DNA of 64,000 bases from an uncultured Gammaproteobacteria bacterium (GCA_963773065.1 CAVYZN010000023.1:64001-128000), one strand, 5' to 3'; shown: positions 1 through 12,135, numbered from the stretch's first letter. The notes: generated by a model not told the origin, from the letters alone. Numbers and translations are program-made.

Positions 1-3000
1 GGCGTCCTGTATCGGGGCCGGGATGGTGGGGAACATCGCACCGCCGTTTCTATCCAGCGCCGTGATGGAGCCATGGTGGTTGTGCATCACGCGCGAGTTG
101 CTCTGGTGACCCACCTGGTTACGCCCGTTGGCGATCGTGCCGGTGGCGCCGGCCAGCGGGCCGAGCTGCGCCAGGTCGAGCGCCGGGGTGTAGTGGCAGA
201 CCTGACAGACCACGGGCTTGCCCTGCACCAGCGCCTTGTTGATCAGGCAACTCGGCGTCCCGTTCGGGGCGCCACTGTTGATGGTGCAGGGGTCGGCCGC
301 CGTGTTGAGGCAGTTCTCCCCCCCGTGTCACACGCCGTGCTCACGTAGTGGGCTCCGTGCTTCAGGTCGTGCAGGCGCAGCAGGTTGATGTCCGCGGCGT
401 ACTCCAGGCTGACCTTGGGCGGCATGTTGCTGTCCGGGTCGTTCAGGCTGGTCGCCACCGGCAAGCCGGCCGTGCTGAGCGTAGTGGTGGGAATGTCGGT
501 GCGGTTGGCCACACCGTACACGCTGGTGTAATCGGCGTTGGTGCTGTGGCAGGTGACGCAGCTCGCCTCACCGGAGATGGGCAGAACCGTGTCCACCGTG
601 GAGAGCACCGTGCCGCCCGTGTTCTTCGCCTGCACCCGCACCAGCGGGTAGGCGTTCTCCCGCCCGAAGTCGTCGAAGGACGCGTACGGAATGCCCGCAC
701 CCTCGAACCAGTCGACGTTCGCCGCCACGTAGCCGAAGGCAAAGTTCGTGAAGAACGGCTTGTTGATGAAGTGCTCCTGGACCAGTTGCGGAACGTTGTT
801 GGTGTACGGGTTACCGATCCCGGGCATGGCATGCAGCACCGCTTCCAGGGTCACGTCGCTGCCGCCCAACTGTCCGTCACTGCCGATGTAGAACTTCTCC
901 ATGTTCGGCACCGGCAGCCCGGTGTCCGCCGTGACGTTGAACGGCGGGCCGGCGAGCGGGGTCAAGGTCGCACTGGGACCCACGAGCGGGTTGTAGGCCG
1001 GATAGAACGGGTCATAGGTCCCGGCCGGGATCACATTCCAGAAGTTGGTCTTGTAGGTGCTGCCGTCATCGCGCACCCCGTTCAGGACCCCCGACTGGCC
1101 GAGGATCGGGTCGTTGGCGTTCGCCGCCGCCGAGTAGTACAGGCTCACGCCCGCCGGATTCAGCGTCGGGATCGTCGCTTTCTGCACCACCTGCGCCAGC
1201 ATCACCTGGAACGGCGGCAGGATGCTCGCGATACGGGTATCCAGGTCGCCGCAATGCATGCCGAGGTCGTTGATGGCCAGCACGCTGTAGCTCGTGTTCG
1301 CCACCTGCGCCTGCACCGGCACGACCGTGGTCACCGGGTTCACCGAGTTCTGGCTGGTGGAGTTGATGGAGGTGTTGGCCCTCCGCCGTCGTTGTCGTTG
1401 ATGGTGCCCACGCCCTGATTGTCGGCGATGGTGGCGTTGGTCGCACCCGAGAGGTTGACGTTGAAGGTCTCGGTCGATTCGACCGCGGTGTCGTTGATGG
1501 TCGTCACCGCGAAGGTCTGGGTCGTGGTATTTGGCGCGAAGGTCAGCGTCACGTTGCTGCGGGCGGTGTAGTCGCCGGGAGCCACAGCGGTGCCGTTGGC
1601 GGTGCTGGCGACCACGGTCACCGTCGAGGTGGAGGCCGCCGACAGGCTGACGGTAAAGTTGGCGGCGCCGCCCTCGGTCACGGTCACGTTGTTGATCGAG
1701 AGGCTGGGCTGGGCCGTGTCGTTGTCGTTGATGGTGCCCACGCCCTGGGCATCGGCGATGATCGCGTTGCTCGGGTTCGAGAGGTTGACGTTGAAGGTCT
1801 CGGTCGACTCCGCCGTGGTGTCGTTGATGGTCGTCACCGCGAAGGTCTGGGTCGTGGTATTTGGCGCGAAGTTCAGCGTCACGTTGCTGCGGGCGGTGTA
1901 GTCGCCGGGAGCCACAGCGGTGCCGTTGGCGGTGCTGGCGACCACGGTCACCGTCGAGGTGGAGGCCGCCGACAGGCTGACGGTAAAGTTGGCGGCGCCG
2001 CCCTCGGTCACGGTCACGTTGTTGATCGAGAGGCTGGGCTGGGCCGTGTCGTTGTCGTTGATGGTGCCCACGCCCTGGGCATCAGCGATGATCGCGTTGC
2101 TCGGGTTCGACAGGTTGACGTTGAAGGTCTCAGTCGACTCCGCCGTGGTGTCGTTGATGGTCGTCACCGCGAAGGTCTGGGTCGTGGTGCCAACCGGGAA
2201 GCTCAGCGTCACATTGCTGCGGGCGGTGTAGTCGCCAGGAGCCACGGCGGTGCCGTTGGCGGTGCTGGCGGCGACCGTCACCGTCGTCGTGGACGCAGCC
2301 GATAGGCTAACCGTGAAGTTGGCGATGCCGCCCTCGGTCACGGTCACGTTGTTGATCGAGAGGCTGCGCGTTCCGGAGGACGGGGTCGTGGCCGTCGCCG
2401 TGCTCGAGTAATTGCTCAGGTTATGGGCCGCGTCTTCGGCCGCACCCGGTAGCGGTACGTGGTGTTCGAGCTACGGCCCGTGTCGTTATAGCTGTTCGTC
2501 GTGGGCGTGGCGATCTGCGAGGTCGGCGTGCAGCTCGATCCCGTGCAGCGATACACGCGATAGTTGGTGACCCCGACGTTGTCGGTCGATGCCGACCAGG
2601 TCAGATTGATCTGGCTCGAGCTCACCGCAGTCGCCGTCAGGTTCTGCGGCGTCGATGGGTTCTGGGTGTCCGGCGTACTGACCGTAACGGACGTAGAGCA
2701 GTCGGCGGTGGTACTGAAGCGGGTGAGATGCAGGCTGGTCGTGAAATTGCCCGCGTTGGCGTAGCTGACCGTGCGGGTGGAGCTCGTGCTCGAGCTCGGA
2801 TTGCCACCCTGGAAGGTCCAGCTATAATTCGGCGTCCCCGAGAAGCCGGTGTACGTGGCGGACCAGTTCACCGACCCCCCGGTGTTGACGGACGGGTTCT
2901 GAGGGCTGATAGTGCAGGTGGCCGCCTGGGATGGCGCCGCGAGCACGAAGCCCGCCAGGAGCGTGAAGGCCGCGGCCGCCAGCCGGGCCCACGAGGTGGT

Positions 3001-3102
3001 CCGTCTGGCTTTTGGCGCTGGCCAGCCGGCGGCGGTGGATGTCCCGCACGTCAAGCAGCCGAGATCAGGATGTTTCATCGTTGGTTGTAGCATTGTTTTC
3101 AT
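1..3102 (-). CDS. Large secreted multiheme c-type cytochrome, copy 1: signal peptide + PKD + fibronectin III + 3 Calx-beta repeats + cytochrome region. Runs off the left edge and is split by apparent frameshifts (~2430, ~1380, ~320).
   Basis: Joins ORFs 2416..3102 (hydrophobic FTLLAGFVLAAPSQA; PKD-like YSWTFQGG...VSYANAGNFT; FN3 PQNLTATAVSSSQINLTWSASTDNVGV), 1340..2347 (three 110-aa Calx-beta units) and 243..1343 (NDLGMHCGD, CVTCH). CQVCH follows in the next frame near 190-206. Confidence 0.8.
1390..2366 (-). repeat. Three tandem 330-bp Calx-beta coding repeats
   Basis: tcgtcaccgcgaaggtctgg recurs at 1501, 1831 and 2161. Confidence 0.95.
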
Positions 3103-3121
3103 CGGACTCTCCCCTTAAACA

Positions 3122-3187
3122 TTACGTAGTTAGCTTCCAACCTGCCGTTGTACCTTACGTAGTTAGCTTCCAACCTGCCCTTGTACC
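3122..3187. repeat. 33-bp tandem duplication in the 5' leader of cytochrome copy 1
   Basis: ttacgtagttagcttccaacctgcc(g/c)ttgtacc at 3122-3154 and 3155-3187, 32/33 identical. Confidence 0.95.
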
Positions 3188-3304
3188 GCTATGCTTGCCG
3201 AGCCGCGGCATCGCGCCGCCGCCCGCTCGCTTCGAATTGCATTTGACTTTCTGCCGGCGCCGCGCAACCCGGCAACCGCGACCGGCATGAGAACGGTTAT
3301 ACAG

Positions 3305-3320
3305 GCAAGACCGGTGCCAA
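3305..3320 (-). promoter_or_regulatory. sigma54 (-24/-12) promoter of cytochrome copy 1
   Basis: Minus strand TTGGCACCGGTCTTGC, with GG-N10-GC spacing matching TGGCAC-N5-TTGC. Confidence 0.8.
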
Positions 3321-3336
3321 ACAGCCGCAATAAAGT

Positions 3337-3349
3337 TAACTGCTTGATC
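3337..3349 (-). promoter_or_regulatory. IHF-like binding site
   Basis: Minus strand gATCAAgcagTTA vs consensus WATCAANNNNTTR, lying between the sigma54 box and the UAS. Confidence 0.65.
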
Positions 3350-3397
3350 GGCTGAACAACCCTAATAATCCTGGGGGCGAACTCCGCACCGGGCGTC

Positions 3398-3435
3398 ATG
3401 GCATTTCTGTCATGCCGGTATGACATTTCTGTCAT
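3398..3435. promoter_or_regulatory. Two palindromic upstream activator sites (candidate bEBP UAS)
   Basis: ATGGCAtttcTGTCAT (3398-3413) and ATGACAtttcTGTCAT (3420-3435), 22-bp period. Confidence 0.65.
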
Positions 3436-3451
3436 GCCGGGTGGCGGCTTG

Positions 3452-5542
3452 CTAGTCCTGGCCGACCGCCTTCATGCTGAGGCGGATGCGGCCCTGCTTG
3501 TCGACCTCCAGCACCTTGACCTTGACCTGGTCGCCCTCGGAGAGCTTGTCGCTGACGTTCTGCACGCGCTCCTCGCAGATCTGCGAGATATGCACCAGCC
3601 CATCCTTGCCCGGCAGGATGGTCACGAAGGCGCCGAAGTCCATCAGCTTGGCCACGCGGCCTTCATAGATCTGGCCGACCTCGACATCCGCCGTAATCAG
3701 CTCGATGCGCCGCTTCGCCTCCTGCCCCGCCTCATAATCGACGGAAGCGATCTTGACGTTGCCGCTGTCATCGATGTCGATGCTCGCGCCGGTCTCCTCG
3801 GTGATGGAGCGGATGGTCGCGCCACCCTTGCCGATGACGTCGCGGATGCGCTCCGGGTTGATCTTCATGGTGATGTAGCGCGGCGCGAATTTCGACATTT
3901 CCTCGCGCGGCGCGGAGATCGCTTCCGCCATCTTGCCGAGGATATGGATGCGCCCCTCATTGGCCTGCGACAGCGCCTGCTGCATGATCTCGCGGGTGAT
4001 GCCCTCGATCTTGATGTCCATCTGCAGCGCGGTCACGCCCGCGGTAGTGCCGGCGACCTTGAAGTCCATGTCGCCCAGGTGGTCCTCGTCGCCCATGATG
4101 TCGGTCAGCACCGCGTGGCGGTCGCCTTCCTTGATGAGACCCATGGCCACACCGGCCACCGGGGCCGTGATCGGCACGCCGGCATCCATCAGCGCCAGGC
4201 TGGTGCCGCAGACGCTCGCCATGGAACTGGAACCGTTGGACTCGGTGATCTCGGAGACGACGCGTATCGTGTAGGGAAAGGATTCGGGGTCCGGCATGAC
4301 CGCGCTGACGCCGCGCTTGGCCAGTTTGCCGTGGCCGATCTCACGGCGCTTGGGACTGCCCACCCGGCCGGTTTCACCGACGCAGTAGGGCGGGAAATTG
4401 TAGTGCAGCATGAAGTACTCGCGCCGCGAGCCCTGCAGGGCGTCGATGATCTGGGCGTCGCGTTCGGTGCCGAGCGTGGTCACCACCAGCGCCTGGGTCT
4501 CGCCCCGCGTGAACAGCGCGGAGCCGTGGGTGCGCGGCAGCAGGCCGGTGCGGATCGTGATCGGCCGCACGGTGCGGGTATCGCGCCCGTCGATGCGCGG
4601 CTCGCCGGCCAGGATGCGGCTGCGCACGGTTTTCTTTTCCAGTCTGGCGATCGCGGCGGCGACCTCCTCGGCGGCGTAGCCGTCCGCGCCCTCGACGGCG
4701 GTGAGCTTGTCGGCGATTTCCTCGCGGATCTTGTCGAGCAGGGCATACCGGTCCTGCTTGTCGGCAACCCGGTAGGCCGCCCGGATGGCATCCAGTCCTT
4801 CCTTTTCGACCGCCGCCTGCAAGGCCCCGTTCTCCTCCGCAGGTGTCCAAACCAGGGCCGGGGCATTGACCGCGGCGGAGAGTTCCCGGATCGCGGCGAT
4901 GGCGGTCTGCATCCGTTCGTGGCCGAAGACGACCGAGCCCAGCATGATGTCTTCGGGCAGTTGCTTTGCCTGGGACTCGACCATCAGCACCGCGCTCTGC
5001 GTGCCGGCGACGACCAGATCCAGTTTCGACTCGGCCAGTTGGCTGGTGGTCGGGTTGAGCACATACTCCCCGTTGATATAGCCGACGCGGGCGGCGCCGA
5101 TCGGGCCGTTGAACGGCAGCCCGGAGATCGACAGGGCGGCCGAGGCGCCGAGCAGTGATGCGATATCGGGATCGACTTCCGGATCCAGCGACATCACCGT
5201 GACGATGACCTGCACCTCGTTGGTGAAGCCCTTGGGGAAGAGCGGGCGCAGCGGCCGGTCGATCAGGCGCGAGACCAGCGTCTCGGTCTCGCTGGGGCGC
5301 CCTTCACGGCGAAAAAAACCGCCGGGGATGGTGCCGGCGGCGTAGGTCTTTTCCTGGTAGTCCACGGTAAGCGGGAAGAAATCCCGGCCTTCCAGGGTCT
5401 TCTTCGCGGCGACCACGGTCGCGAGGATCACCGTATCGCCCATGCTGACCATGACGGCGCCGGTGGCCTGACGGGCGATTTCGCCGGTTTCCAGCGTGAC
5501 GGTCTGGTCACCGTACTGAAAGGATTTCTTGATTACGCTCAC
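3452..5542 (-). CDS. pnp: Polyribonucleotide nucleotidyltransferase
   Basis: [44 protein letters not shown] and S1 domains. Confidence 0.99.
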   Translation of the reverse strand: MSVIKKSFQYGDQTVTLETGEIARQATGAVMVSMGDTVILATVVAAKKTLEGRDFFPLTVDYQEKTYAAGTIPGGFFRREGRPSETETLVSRLIDRPLRPLFPKGFTNEVQVIVTVMSLDPEVDPDIASLLGASAALSISGLPFNGPIGAARVGYINGEYVLNPTTSQLAESKLDLVVAGTQSAVLMVESQAKQLPEDIMLGSVVFGHERMQTAIAAIRELSAAVNAPALVWTPAEENGALQAAVEKEGLDAIRAAYRVADKQDRYALLDKIREEIADKLTAVEGADGYAAEEVAAAIARLEKKTVRSRILAGEPRIDGRDTRTVRPITIRTGLLPRTHGSALFTRGETQALVVTTLGTERDAQIIDALQGSRREYFMLHYNFPPYCVGETGRVGSPKRREIGHGKLAKRGVSAVMPDPESFPYTIRVVSEITESNGSSSMASVCGTSLALMDAGVPITAPVAGVAMGLIKEGDRHAVLTDIMGDEDHLGDMDFKVAGTTAGVTALQMDIKIEGITREIMQQALSQANEGRIHILGKMAEAISAPREEMSKFAPRYITMKINPERIRDVIGKGGATIRSITEETGASIDIDDSGNVKIASVDYEAGQEAKRRIELITADVEVGQIYEGRVAKLMDFGAFVTILPGKDGLVHISQICEERVQNVSDKLSEGDQVKVKVLEVDKQGRIRLSMKAVGQD

Positions 5543-5607
5543 GGATAAATTCCTTAACTATGACGTGGTAACGGGTGGTCGGCGCGTGGCCGGGGTGACA
5601 GCGTGAT

Positions 5608-5877
5608 CTAGCGGCGCAGACCCAGACGCCCGATCAGGTCCTGGTAACGCGTGCCGTCCTTGCCCTTCAGGTAATCAAGCAGCTTGCGGCGCTTGTTGAC
5701 CATGCGCAGCAGCCCCTGGCGGGAATGGTGATCGCTTTTATGCAGGGTGAAATGCTCCGTCAATTGCTGGATATTGGCGGACAGCAAGGCGACCTGGACT
5801 TCCGGCGAACCGGTATCGGCGGCACCGCGCTGGTAATCCTTGACGATCTGTCCTTTTTGTTCGGCATTCAAAGCCAT
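5608..5877 (-). CDS. rpsO: 30S ribosomal protein S15
   Basis: [34 protein letters not shown]. Confidence 0.99.
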   Translation of the reverse strand: MALNAEQKGQIVKDYQRGAADTGSPEVQVALLSANIQQLTEHFTLHKSDHHSRQGLLRMVNKRRKLLDYLKGKDGTRYQDLIGRLGLRR

Positions 5878-5965
5878 GTAACAACCCCCGAAGAGACACT
5901 TGAGTCGAGTGAGCCCGGTATTTTATCCGGGGTTAGGGTAAGCCACAACTCCTTTGAAGGAAATA

Positions 5966-6886
5966 TCAGGCGATATTGAGCAAACGCCGCGGCGCGACCC
6001 GCCCGTCGTCGAGAATCTCGCCAACGCCGAGAAAACGCCGCTGCCCTTCATAGAGGCGCACCAGCCCGGCAGTCGGCGCATGCGGCACCAGAACCGGCTG
6101 ACCCTGGCGCAGGTAGAAGGCGGCATCGCCGGTGAGACGCACGTCCGGCCACTGGCTGAGGCCGCTTTCCATCGGCAGCAGCAGGTCATCGAGCGCCTTT
6201 TCACCCCCCGCGGCCAGCCGTTCCTCGAGGGTATCGAGGGTCACCATGCCGGCGGCGCCATAGGGCCCGACGCCGAAACGCCGCAGGTCCGCGACATGCG
6301 CGCCGCAACCCAGCACCTCGCCGATATCATCAACCAGGGTGCGGATATAGGTCCCCTTGGAGCAGTGCACATCGATCTCAACCAGCGGCAGCCGGAAGTT
6401 CAGCAGATCCATCGCATGGATCGTGATCCGCCGCGGCGCGCGTTCGACTTCGACTCCCTGGCGCGCCAGGGCATACAGGCGCTGCCCCTGGTGCTTGACG
6501 GCCGAATACATCGGGGGAATCTGGTCGATATCCCCGCTATAGTCCTGCATGACCTCGCGCAGCCGCTTTTCGGTGACCGCGTCCACCGGGCGCGTCTTCA
6601 GCACCTCCCCTTCGGCATCGCCGGTGGCGGTGCGCACCCCCAGCCGGCACGACACCCAGTAGTGCTTGTCGGCGTCGAGCAGGAACCCGGAGACCTTGGT
6701 CGCCTCGCCCAGGCAGACCGGCAGCAGGCCGCTCGCCAGCGGATCCAGACTGCCGGTATGACCGGCCTTGCGGGCGCGATAAAGCCGCTTGACCTTCTGC
6801 AGGGCGGCATTGGAGGTCAATCCGGCCGGCTTGTCCAGCAGCAGGATGCCATCCACACGCCGTTCATCGCCGTGACGTCGACCCAT
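5966..6886 (-). CDS. truB: tRNA pseudouridine(55) synthase
   Basis: GILLLDKPAG, KAGHTGSLDPLASG, CSKGTYIRTL. Confidence 0.98.
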   Translation of the reverse strand: MGRRHGDERRVDGILLLDKPAGLTSNAALQKVKRLYRARKAGHTGSLDPLASGLLPVCLGEATKVSGFLLDADKHYWVSCRLGVRTATGDAEGEVLKTRPVDAVTEKRLREVMQDYSGDIDQIPPMYSAVKHQGQRLYALARQGVEVERAPRRITIHAMDLLNFRLPLVEIDVHCSKGTYIRTLVDDIGEVLGCGAHVADLRRFGVGPYGAAGMVTLDTLEERLAAGGEKALDDLLLPMESGLSQWPDVRLTGDAAFYLRQGQPVLVPHAPTAGLVRLYEGQRRFLGVGEILDDGRVAPRRLLNIA

Positions 6887-6912
6887 GATCAATCACCTTG
6901 CGCCGCGCGCGG

Positions 6913-7287
6913 TTACGCTTCGTCTTCCGGCGGGTGCCTGCCGGCGACGGCCGCCGCAATCAGCGCGTCCATCCGCGCCCCTTCGGCCAGCGATGCGTCA
7001 TAGAAGAACCGCAATTGCGGAATCACCCGGATACGCATCCGCTGGCCAAGCTGGTGGCGCAGGAAACCGGCGGCCTTGTTCAATACCTTGAGAGTTTCGT
7101 CGACGGTCTCATCCCCGCCCAGCACGGAGACATAGACCCGGGCGTGCGCCAGATCGCGCGACACCTCGACACCGGAAATGCTGATCATGCCCAGCCGGGG
7201 GTCCTTGATCTCCTCGTGCAGGAGACCGGCCAGCTCGCGCAGGATCTGTTCACCGACGCGGCGCGTTCGTGGAAATTCCCTGGGCAT
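6913..7287 (-). CDS. rbfA: Ribosome-binding factor A
   Basis: RTRRVGEQI, KDPRL, VSRDLAHARVYV, PQLRFFYD; start placed at MPREF. Confidence 0.97.
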   Translation of the reverse strand: MPREFPRTRRVGEQILRELAGLLHEEIKDPRLGMISISGVEVSRDLAHARVYVSVLGGDETVDETLKVLNKAAGFLRHQLGQRMRIRVIPQLRFFYDASLAEGARMDALIAAAVAGRHPPEDEA

Positions 7288-7338
7288 GGCTAGTGACTGT
7301 CGACTCCCGTTGAACATGCTAAGGATTACGTTGACCAT

Positions 7339-7486
7339 GCCTCATGCCGGGCAAGTCATCTCGTGACACTCGCTGCAGAGATCACAGATCGCAATGTATC
7401 GCGTGCAGTACAGGATGCTCTGCGACTTGCGCCTCGCGGTACGGCACGGATATACGTGTCACGACAGGACTTACCCGGCATGAGGC
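7339..7486. mobile_element. ~148-bp MITE-like element between infB and rbfA
   Basis: Terminal inverted repeats 7339-7369 / 7456-7486 (28/31 match); non-coding interior. Confidence 0.65.
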
Positions 7487-7496
7487 CTCCGCTGCC

Positions 7497-10076
7497 CTAG
7501 AGCTGGCGCGCGATCTCGATCCGCTCGAACACCTCGATCTGGTCGCCGACCTTCACGCTGTAGTTCTTGACGCCGATCCCGCATTCGGTGCCCGCCCTGA
7601 CCTCGTTGACGTCGTCCTTGAAACGGCGCAGCGATTCCAGCTCGCCTTCGAAGACCACGACATTGTCCCGCAGGACCCGGATCGGCGCCCGGCGGCGCAC
7701 CACGCCATCGACGACGATACAGCCGGCGATGTCGCCGAGCTTGTGGGAACGGAACACCTCCTTGACCTCGGCCAGCCCGATGATCTCCTCCTTGACTTCG
7801 GGGGCCAGCAGCCCGCTGACCGCGTTCTTGACGGCATCGATGGCGTCGTAGATGACGCTGTAGTACTTCAGGTCGACGTTGTTTTCCTCGACCAGGCGTT
7901 TAGCCGAGGCATCGGCGCGCACGTTGAAGCCGATGATGATGGCATTGGAGGCGACCGCCAGGTTGACGTCGGATTCGTTGATGCCGCCAACGCCGCTGGA
8001 GACGACCTTGACGTTCACTTCCCGCTCCTCGGAGGCAATATTGGAGAGCGCCTCGCTCAACGCCTCGGCGCTGCCCTGCACATCGGCCTTGAGCACGATA
8101 TTGACCGCCGCCGCCCGGCCTTCCCCGACCTGTGAAAACACATCTTCGAGACGCGTCTGCTGCTGCTTGGCAAGCCGCTGGTCGCGTGATTTTTCCTGGC
8201 GCTGTGAGGCGAGTTCGCGCGCCTTGCGCTCATCCGCGACGACCATCACCTCGTCGCCGGCATTGGGCACCGCCGAGAGGCCCAGCACCAGCGCGGGTAT
8301 GGACGGGCCGGCCTCGTCGATCTGCTTGCCGCTTTCATCGAACATGGCGCGCACCCGGCCCCACTCCGCTCCGGTGAGGATCAGGTCGCCGCGACGCAGC
8401 ACGCCGTTCTGCACCAGGATGGTGGCCACGGCGCCGCGGCCCTTGTCCAGGCTCGACTCGACGACGATGCCGGTCGCCGGGCAATCCCGGACCGCGGTGA
8501 GCTCGAGCATTTCCGACTGCAGCAAGACCGCATCCAGCAGGTCATCGATCCCCTCTCCGGTCTTGGCGGAAACCGCCACGAACATGGTGTCGCCGCCCCA
8601 GTCTTCCGGAATCACCTGCACGGCCGTCAGTTCATTCCTGACCCGCTCCGGGTCCGCTTGCGGCTTGTCGATCTTGTTGATCGCCACCACCAGCGGCACG
8701 CCGGCCGCCCGGGCGTGTTGTATCGCTTCCTGCGTCTGCGGCATGACACCGTCATCCGCCGCGACCACCAGAATCACGATGTCCGTCACCCGCGCTCCGC
8801 GCGCGCGCATGGCGGTGAAGGCGGCGTGGCCCGGGGTATCGAGGAAACTGATCATTCCCTTCCGCGTTTCCACATGGTAGGCGCCGATATGCTGGGTGAT
8901 GCCGCCGGCCTCGCCCTCGGCCACCCGGGTGCGGCGGATGTAATCGAGCAGCGAGGTTTTGCCATGGTCGACATGCCCCATGATGGTGACCACGGGGGGA
9001 CGCGGCAGCCGCTCGCCGGAAACATCCTGGATGCGCTGCTTGAGTTCGTCTTCCAGGGCGTTCTCCTGCACGGGCCTGGCGATGTGGCCCATCTCCTCGA
9101 CCACCAGCGTGGCGGTATCCTGATCGATCATCTGATTGATGGTCGCCATCACACCCATCCTCATCAGGGTCTTGATGACCTCGGCGGACTTGACGGACAT
9201 CTTCTGCGCCAGATCGGAAACCGCGATATTCGCCGGCAGGCCGACCTCGTGGATGAGCGGCGCCGTTGGCCGCTCGAAGCCGTGCTCCTGGGTGGGGGTG
9301 ATAGTGACCCGCCGCGTGCTTTTCGACTTTTTCTGGCGGCGCCCGCTCTTGTCGGCGGCGACGTGCAACTGCTGGCGGCCATAGCGCGTGAGTTTCTCGT
9401 CATCTTCCTCGATCTTGACCTTGCGCTCCTTGTCCACGGGCTTTTTCAGGCGGACCTCTTCCCGTTCCCGGGCGGGCGCCGGCGCCCGGGGCCCCGCCTT
9501 TGCATGCGTCGGCCTTGCGGGTCTCATCCACGGTCTTGCGTTTCTCTTCCGCCTCGGCCTTGAGCCGGGACTCCTCCGCGGCGCGCCTTGTTCCTCTTCC
9601 CGCCGGAGGGCCTCTTCCCGCTCCTTGCGCGCCGCCTCGGCCCGCGCCTGCTCTTCCGCCTCCAGGCGCGCCTGTTCGGCGGCTTCCTGTTCCTGGCGTT
9701 CCTGCTCCTCGGCCACCAGGTCCGCGCGTTTCACATAGGTGCGCTTCTTGCGCACCTCGACGATCACGGTCTTTTTCTCGGGCTTGGCCCCGCGCATGGC
9801 GCCACGCCCGCCCGGCGGGCGTGGCGCGGGAACGCTGGTCTGCAGTTCCGTGTGGGATTTGCGTTTCAGGGTGATCTTTTTCGGGGCCATGGCGGTTATC
9901 GGGCCGCGCTTGCCATGGCTCTCCCGCAGAAAATCCAGCAGTTGGGTCTTCTGGGTTTCCGTGATGGTGGCATTCTCATCACGGATTTCCAGACCCGCTT
10001 CACCCAGTTGCGCCAGCAGCCTGTCGGTGGGAACACCGACGACTTCAGCGAATTGCTTTACCGTGACTTCTGACAT
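7497..10076 (-). CDS. infB: Translation initiation factor IF-2
   Basis: [35 protein letters not shown]; a short N-terminal stretch looks locally out of frame. Confidence 0.99.
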   Translation of the reverse strand: MSEVTVKQFAEVVGVPTDRLLAQLGEAGLEIRDENATITETQKTQLLDFLRESHGKRGPITAMAPKKITLKRKSHTELQTSVPAPRPPGGRGAMRGAKPEKKTVIVEVRKKRTYVKRADLVAEEQERQEQEAAEQARLEAEEQARAEAARKEREEALRREEEQGAPRRSPGSRPRRKRNARPWMRPARPTHAKAGPRAPAPAREREEVRLKKPVDKERKVKIEEDDEKLTRYGRQQLHVAADKSGRRQKKSKSTRRVTITPTQEHGFERPTAPLIHEVGLPANIAVSDLAQKMSVKSAEVIKTLMRMGVMATINQMIDQDTATLVVEEMGHIARPVQENALEDELKQRIQDVSGERLPRPPVVTIMGHVDHGKTSLLDYIRRTRVAEGEAGGITQHIGAYHVETRKGMISFLDTPGHAAFTAMRARGARVTDIVILVVAADDGVMPQTQEAIQHARAAGVPLVVAINKIDKPQADPERVRNELTAVQVIPEDWGGDTMFVAVSAKTGEGIDDLLDAVLLQSEMLELTAVRDCPATGIVVESSLDKGRGAVATILVQNGVLRRGDLILTGAEWGRVRAMFDESGKQIDEAGPSIPALVLGLSAVPNAGDEVMVVADERKARELASQRQEKSRDQRLAKQQQTRLEDVFSQVGEGRAAAVNIVLKADVQGSAEALSEALSNIASEEREVNVKVVSSGVGGINESDVNLAVASNAIIIGFNVRADASAKRLVEENNVDLKYYSVIYDAIDAVKNAVSGLLAPEVKEEIIGLAEVKEVFRSHKLGDIAGCIVVDGVVRRRAPIRVLRDNVVVFEGELESLRRFKDDVNEVRAGTECGIGVKNYSVKVGDQIEVFERIEIARQL

Positions 10077-10099
10077 GCCTGTCGCTCCTACGCTAACGG

Positions 10100-11638
10100 T
10101 CAGTCCTGCGCCTGTTGTGCGAACCAGGGGGCGCGTGCCGTCATGATCAGGGCGCCGGCCCGGGCCTCGTCCATGCCGTTGATATCCATCAGGTCATCGA
10201 TGGCCTGTTCGGCGAGATCCTCCATGGTGGTGATGCCCCGGCTGGCGAGCTCGAAAGCCAGTTCCCGGTCCATGCCTTCCATTTCCAGCAGGTCCCGGGC
10301 CGGTTCCGCGTCACCGATCTTCTCTTCCTTGATGATGGCTTGGGTGAGCAGCACATCACGCGCGCGCCCCCGCAATTCATCGACGATCCCTTCCTCGAAT
10401 TCCTCGATCTGCAACAACTCGCTCCTGGGTACGTAGACGATTTCCTCGATGGTGGAAAAGCCTTCCTGCACCAGGATGGCGGCAATCTCCTCGTCCACGT
10501 CGAGCTGTTCCTTGAACAGCCGCTGCAGCTCCTGGGCCTCTGCCTCGCTCTTTTCCTCGGCCTGGGACTCGTCCATGATGTTGAGTTCCCAGCCGGTCAA
10601 CTGGCTGGCGAGGCGCACGTTCTGTCCGGCGCGGCCGATCGCCTGCGAGAGCTGCTCCTCGGCGACCGCGATATCCATGGTATGGGTCTCTTCATCGACC
10701 ACGATCGAGGTGACCTCGGCCGGCGACATGGCATTGATAACGAACTGCGCGGGATTCGCATCCCAGAGGATGATGTCGACGCGTTCGCCGGAGAGTTCCG
10801 TGGAAACCGTCTGGACGCGGGAACCGCGCATGCCCACGCAGGCGCCGACCGGATCGATGCGCGGATCATTGGTCTTGACGGCGATCTTCGCGCGCAGGCC
10901 CGGGTCGCGCGCGGATGAAATGATCTCGATCAGGCCCTGCCCCACCTCGGGAACCTCCAGCTTAAACAGCTCGATCAGAAATTCCGGGGCGACGCGCGTG
11001 ACCAGCAACTGCGGCCCGCGTTGCTCGGCGCTGACTTCCTTCAGATACCCGCGCAGGCGATCGCCGGGACGCACCGCCTCCCGGGGAATCATATGCTCGC
11101 GCGGAATGATCGCCTCGGCGTTGCTGCCAAGGTCGAGGTAGACATTGCCGCGCTCGACCCGCTTGACCACGCCGGTCACCAGGTCGCCGACACGGTCCTT
11201 GTAGGCTTCAACGACCTGCGCCCGCTCGGCCTCGCGCACTTTCTGCACGATGACCTGTTTGGCGGTCTGGGCGCCGATACGGCCAAAATCGACCGACTCC
11301 ATCGGCTCTTCGATGAAGTCTCCGTGTTTCAAGTTCGGATCCCGCTGCCGCGCCTCGGCCAGCGTGATCTGACGCTCCGGATTTTCATACACCAGCGCAT
11401 CCTCGACGTCCGCCGCCGTCGCCTCCGCAGTGAGCGTCTCGTCGATCACCTGCCAGCGGCGGAAGGTCTTATAGGCGCCGGTCTTGCGGTCGATGGCGAC
11501 ACGCGCATCGATATCACCGCCATGGCGTTTGCGGGTGGCGGTCGCGAGCGCGGCCTCGATTGCCTGGAAAATGATCTCCTTGTCGATACCCTTTTCATTG
11601 GATACCGCATCGACGACTAGCAAGATCTCTTTGTCCAT
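10100..11638 (-). CDS. nusA: Transcription factor NusA
   Basis: [43 protein letters not shown]. Confidence 0.99.
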   Translation of the reverse strand: MDKEILLVVDAVSNEKGIDKEIIFQAIEAALATATRKRHGGDIDARVAIDRKTGAYKTFRRWQVIDETLTAEATAADVEDALVYENPERQITLAEARQRDPNLKHGDFIEEPMESVDFGRIGAQTAKQVIVQKVREAERAQVVEAYKDRVGDLVTGVVKRVERGNVYLDLGSNAEAIIPREHMIPREAVRPGDRLRGYLKEVSAEQRGPQLLVTRVAPEFLIELFKLEVPEVGQGLIEIISSARDPGLRAKIAVKTNDPRIDPVGACVGMRGSRVQTVSTELSGERVDIILWDANPAQFVINAMSPAEVTSIVVDEETHTMDIAVAEEQLSQAIGRAGQNVRLASQLTGWELNIMDESQAEEKSEAEAQELQRLFKEQLDVDEEIAAILVQEGFSTIEEIVYVPRSELLQIEEFEEGIVDELRGRARDVLLTQAIIKEEKIGDAEPARDLLEMEGMDRELAFELASRGITTMEDLAEQAIDDLMDINGMDEARAGALIMTARAPWFAQQAQD

Positions 11639-11659
11639 TCCAAAACCTCCAATATTGGC

Positions 11660-12117
11660 TCAGTATTCCGGAACCAAACGCGCCTGTTCGATCTGGTCCA
11701 GCGCCAGGATGACTTCCTCGCCGTCCTGATCCACCACGACATTCCCGCCTTCGACCCGCAGCAGGCGGCCCTGGTACTTGCGCCGCCCTTCCAGCGGGCA
11801 GGCCAGGCGCAGTTTCACCAGGCTCCCGGCAAAGCGTTCATAGTCGCTCCCGCTTGAACAACAGCCGGTCAAGCCCGGGCGAGGACACCTCCAGGGTGTA
11901 ATGCCCGGCTATCGGGTCCTTCACGTCCAGCAGTCCGCTGACCTGGTAACTCACCCGCTCGCAATCGTCCGCGGTGATGCCCTGCTCGCCGTCGATATAG
12001 ACGCGCAGCAGGGCGCCGCCGGGCCGCCGCCGCGATACTCGACGCCGGCGAGTCATACCCCAGCGCCACGATGGCCGGTTCCAGCCAATCGCCAATCTGT
12101 AACGGGTCCTGCCTCAT
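11660..12117 (-). CDS. rimP: Ribosome maturation factor RimP (apparent frameshifts)
   Basis: [39 protein letters not shown] spread over three frames; position upstream of nusA. Confidence 0.93.
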
Positions 12118-12135
12118 CCTGCGCCTTGCGGAAAC

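Noticed and set aside
3122-3435. Possible CRISPR array from short direct repeats
   Set aside because: Only two adjacent units each, no spacers, no cas genes.
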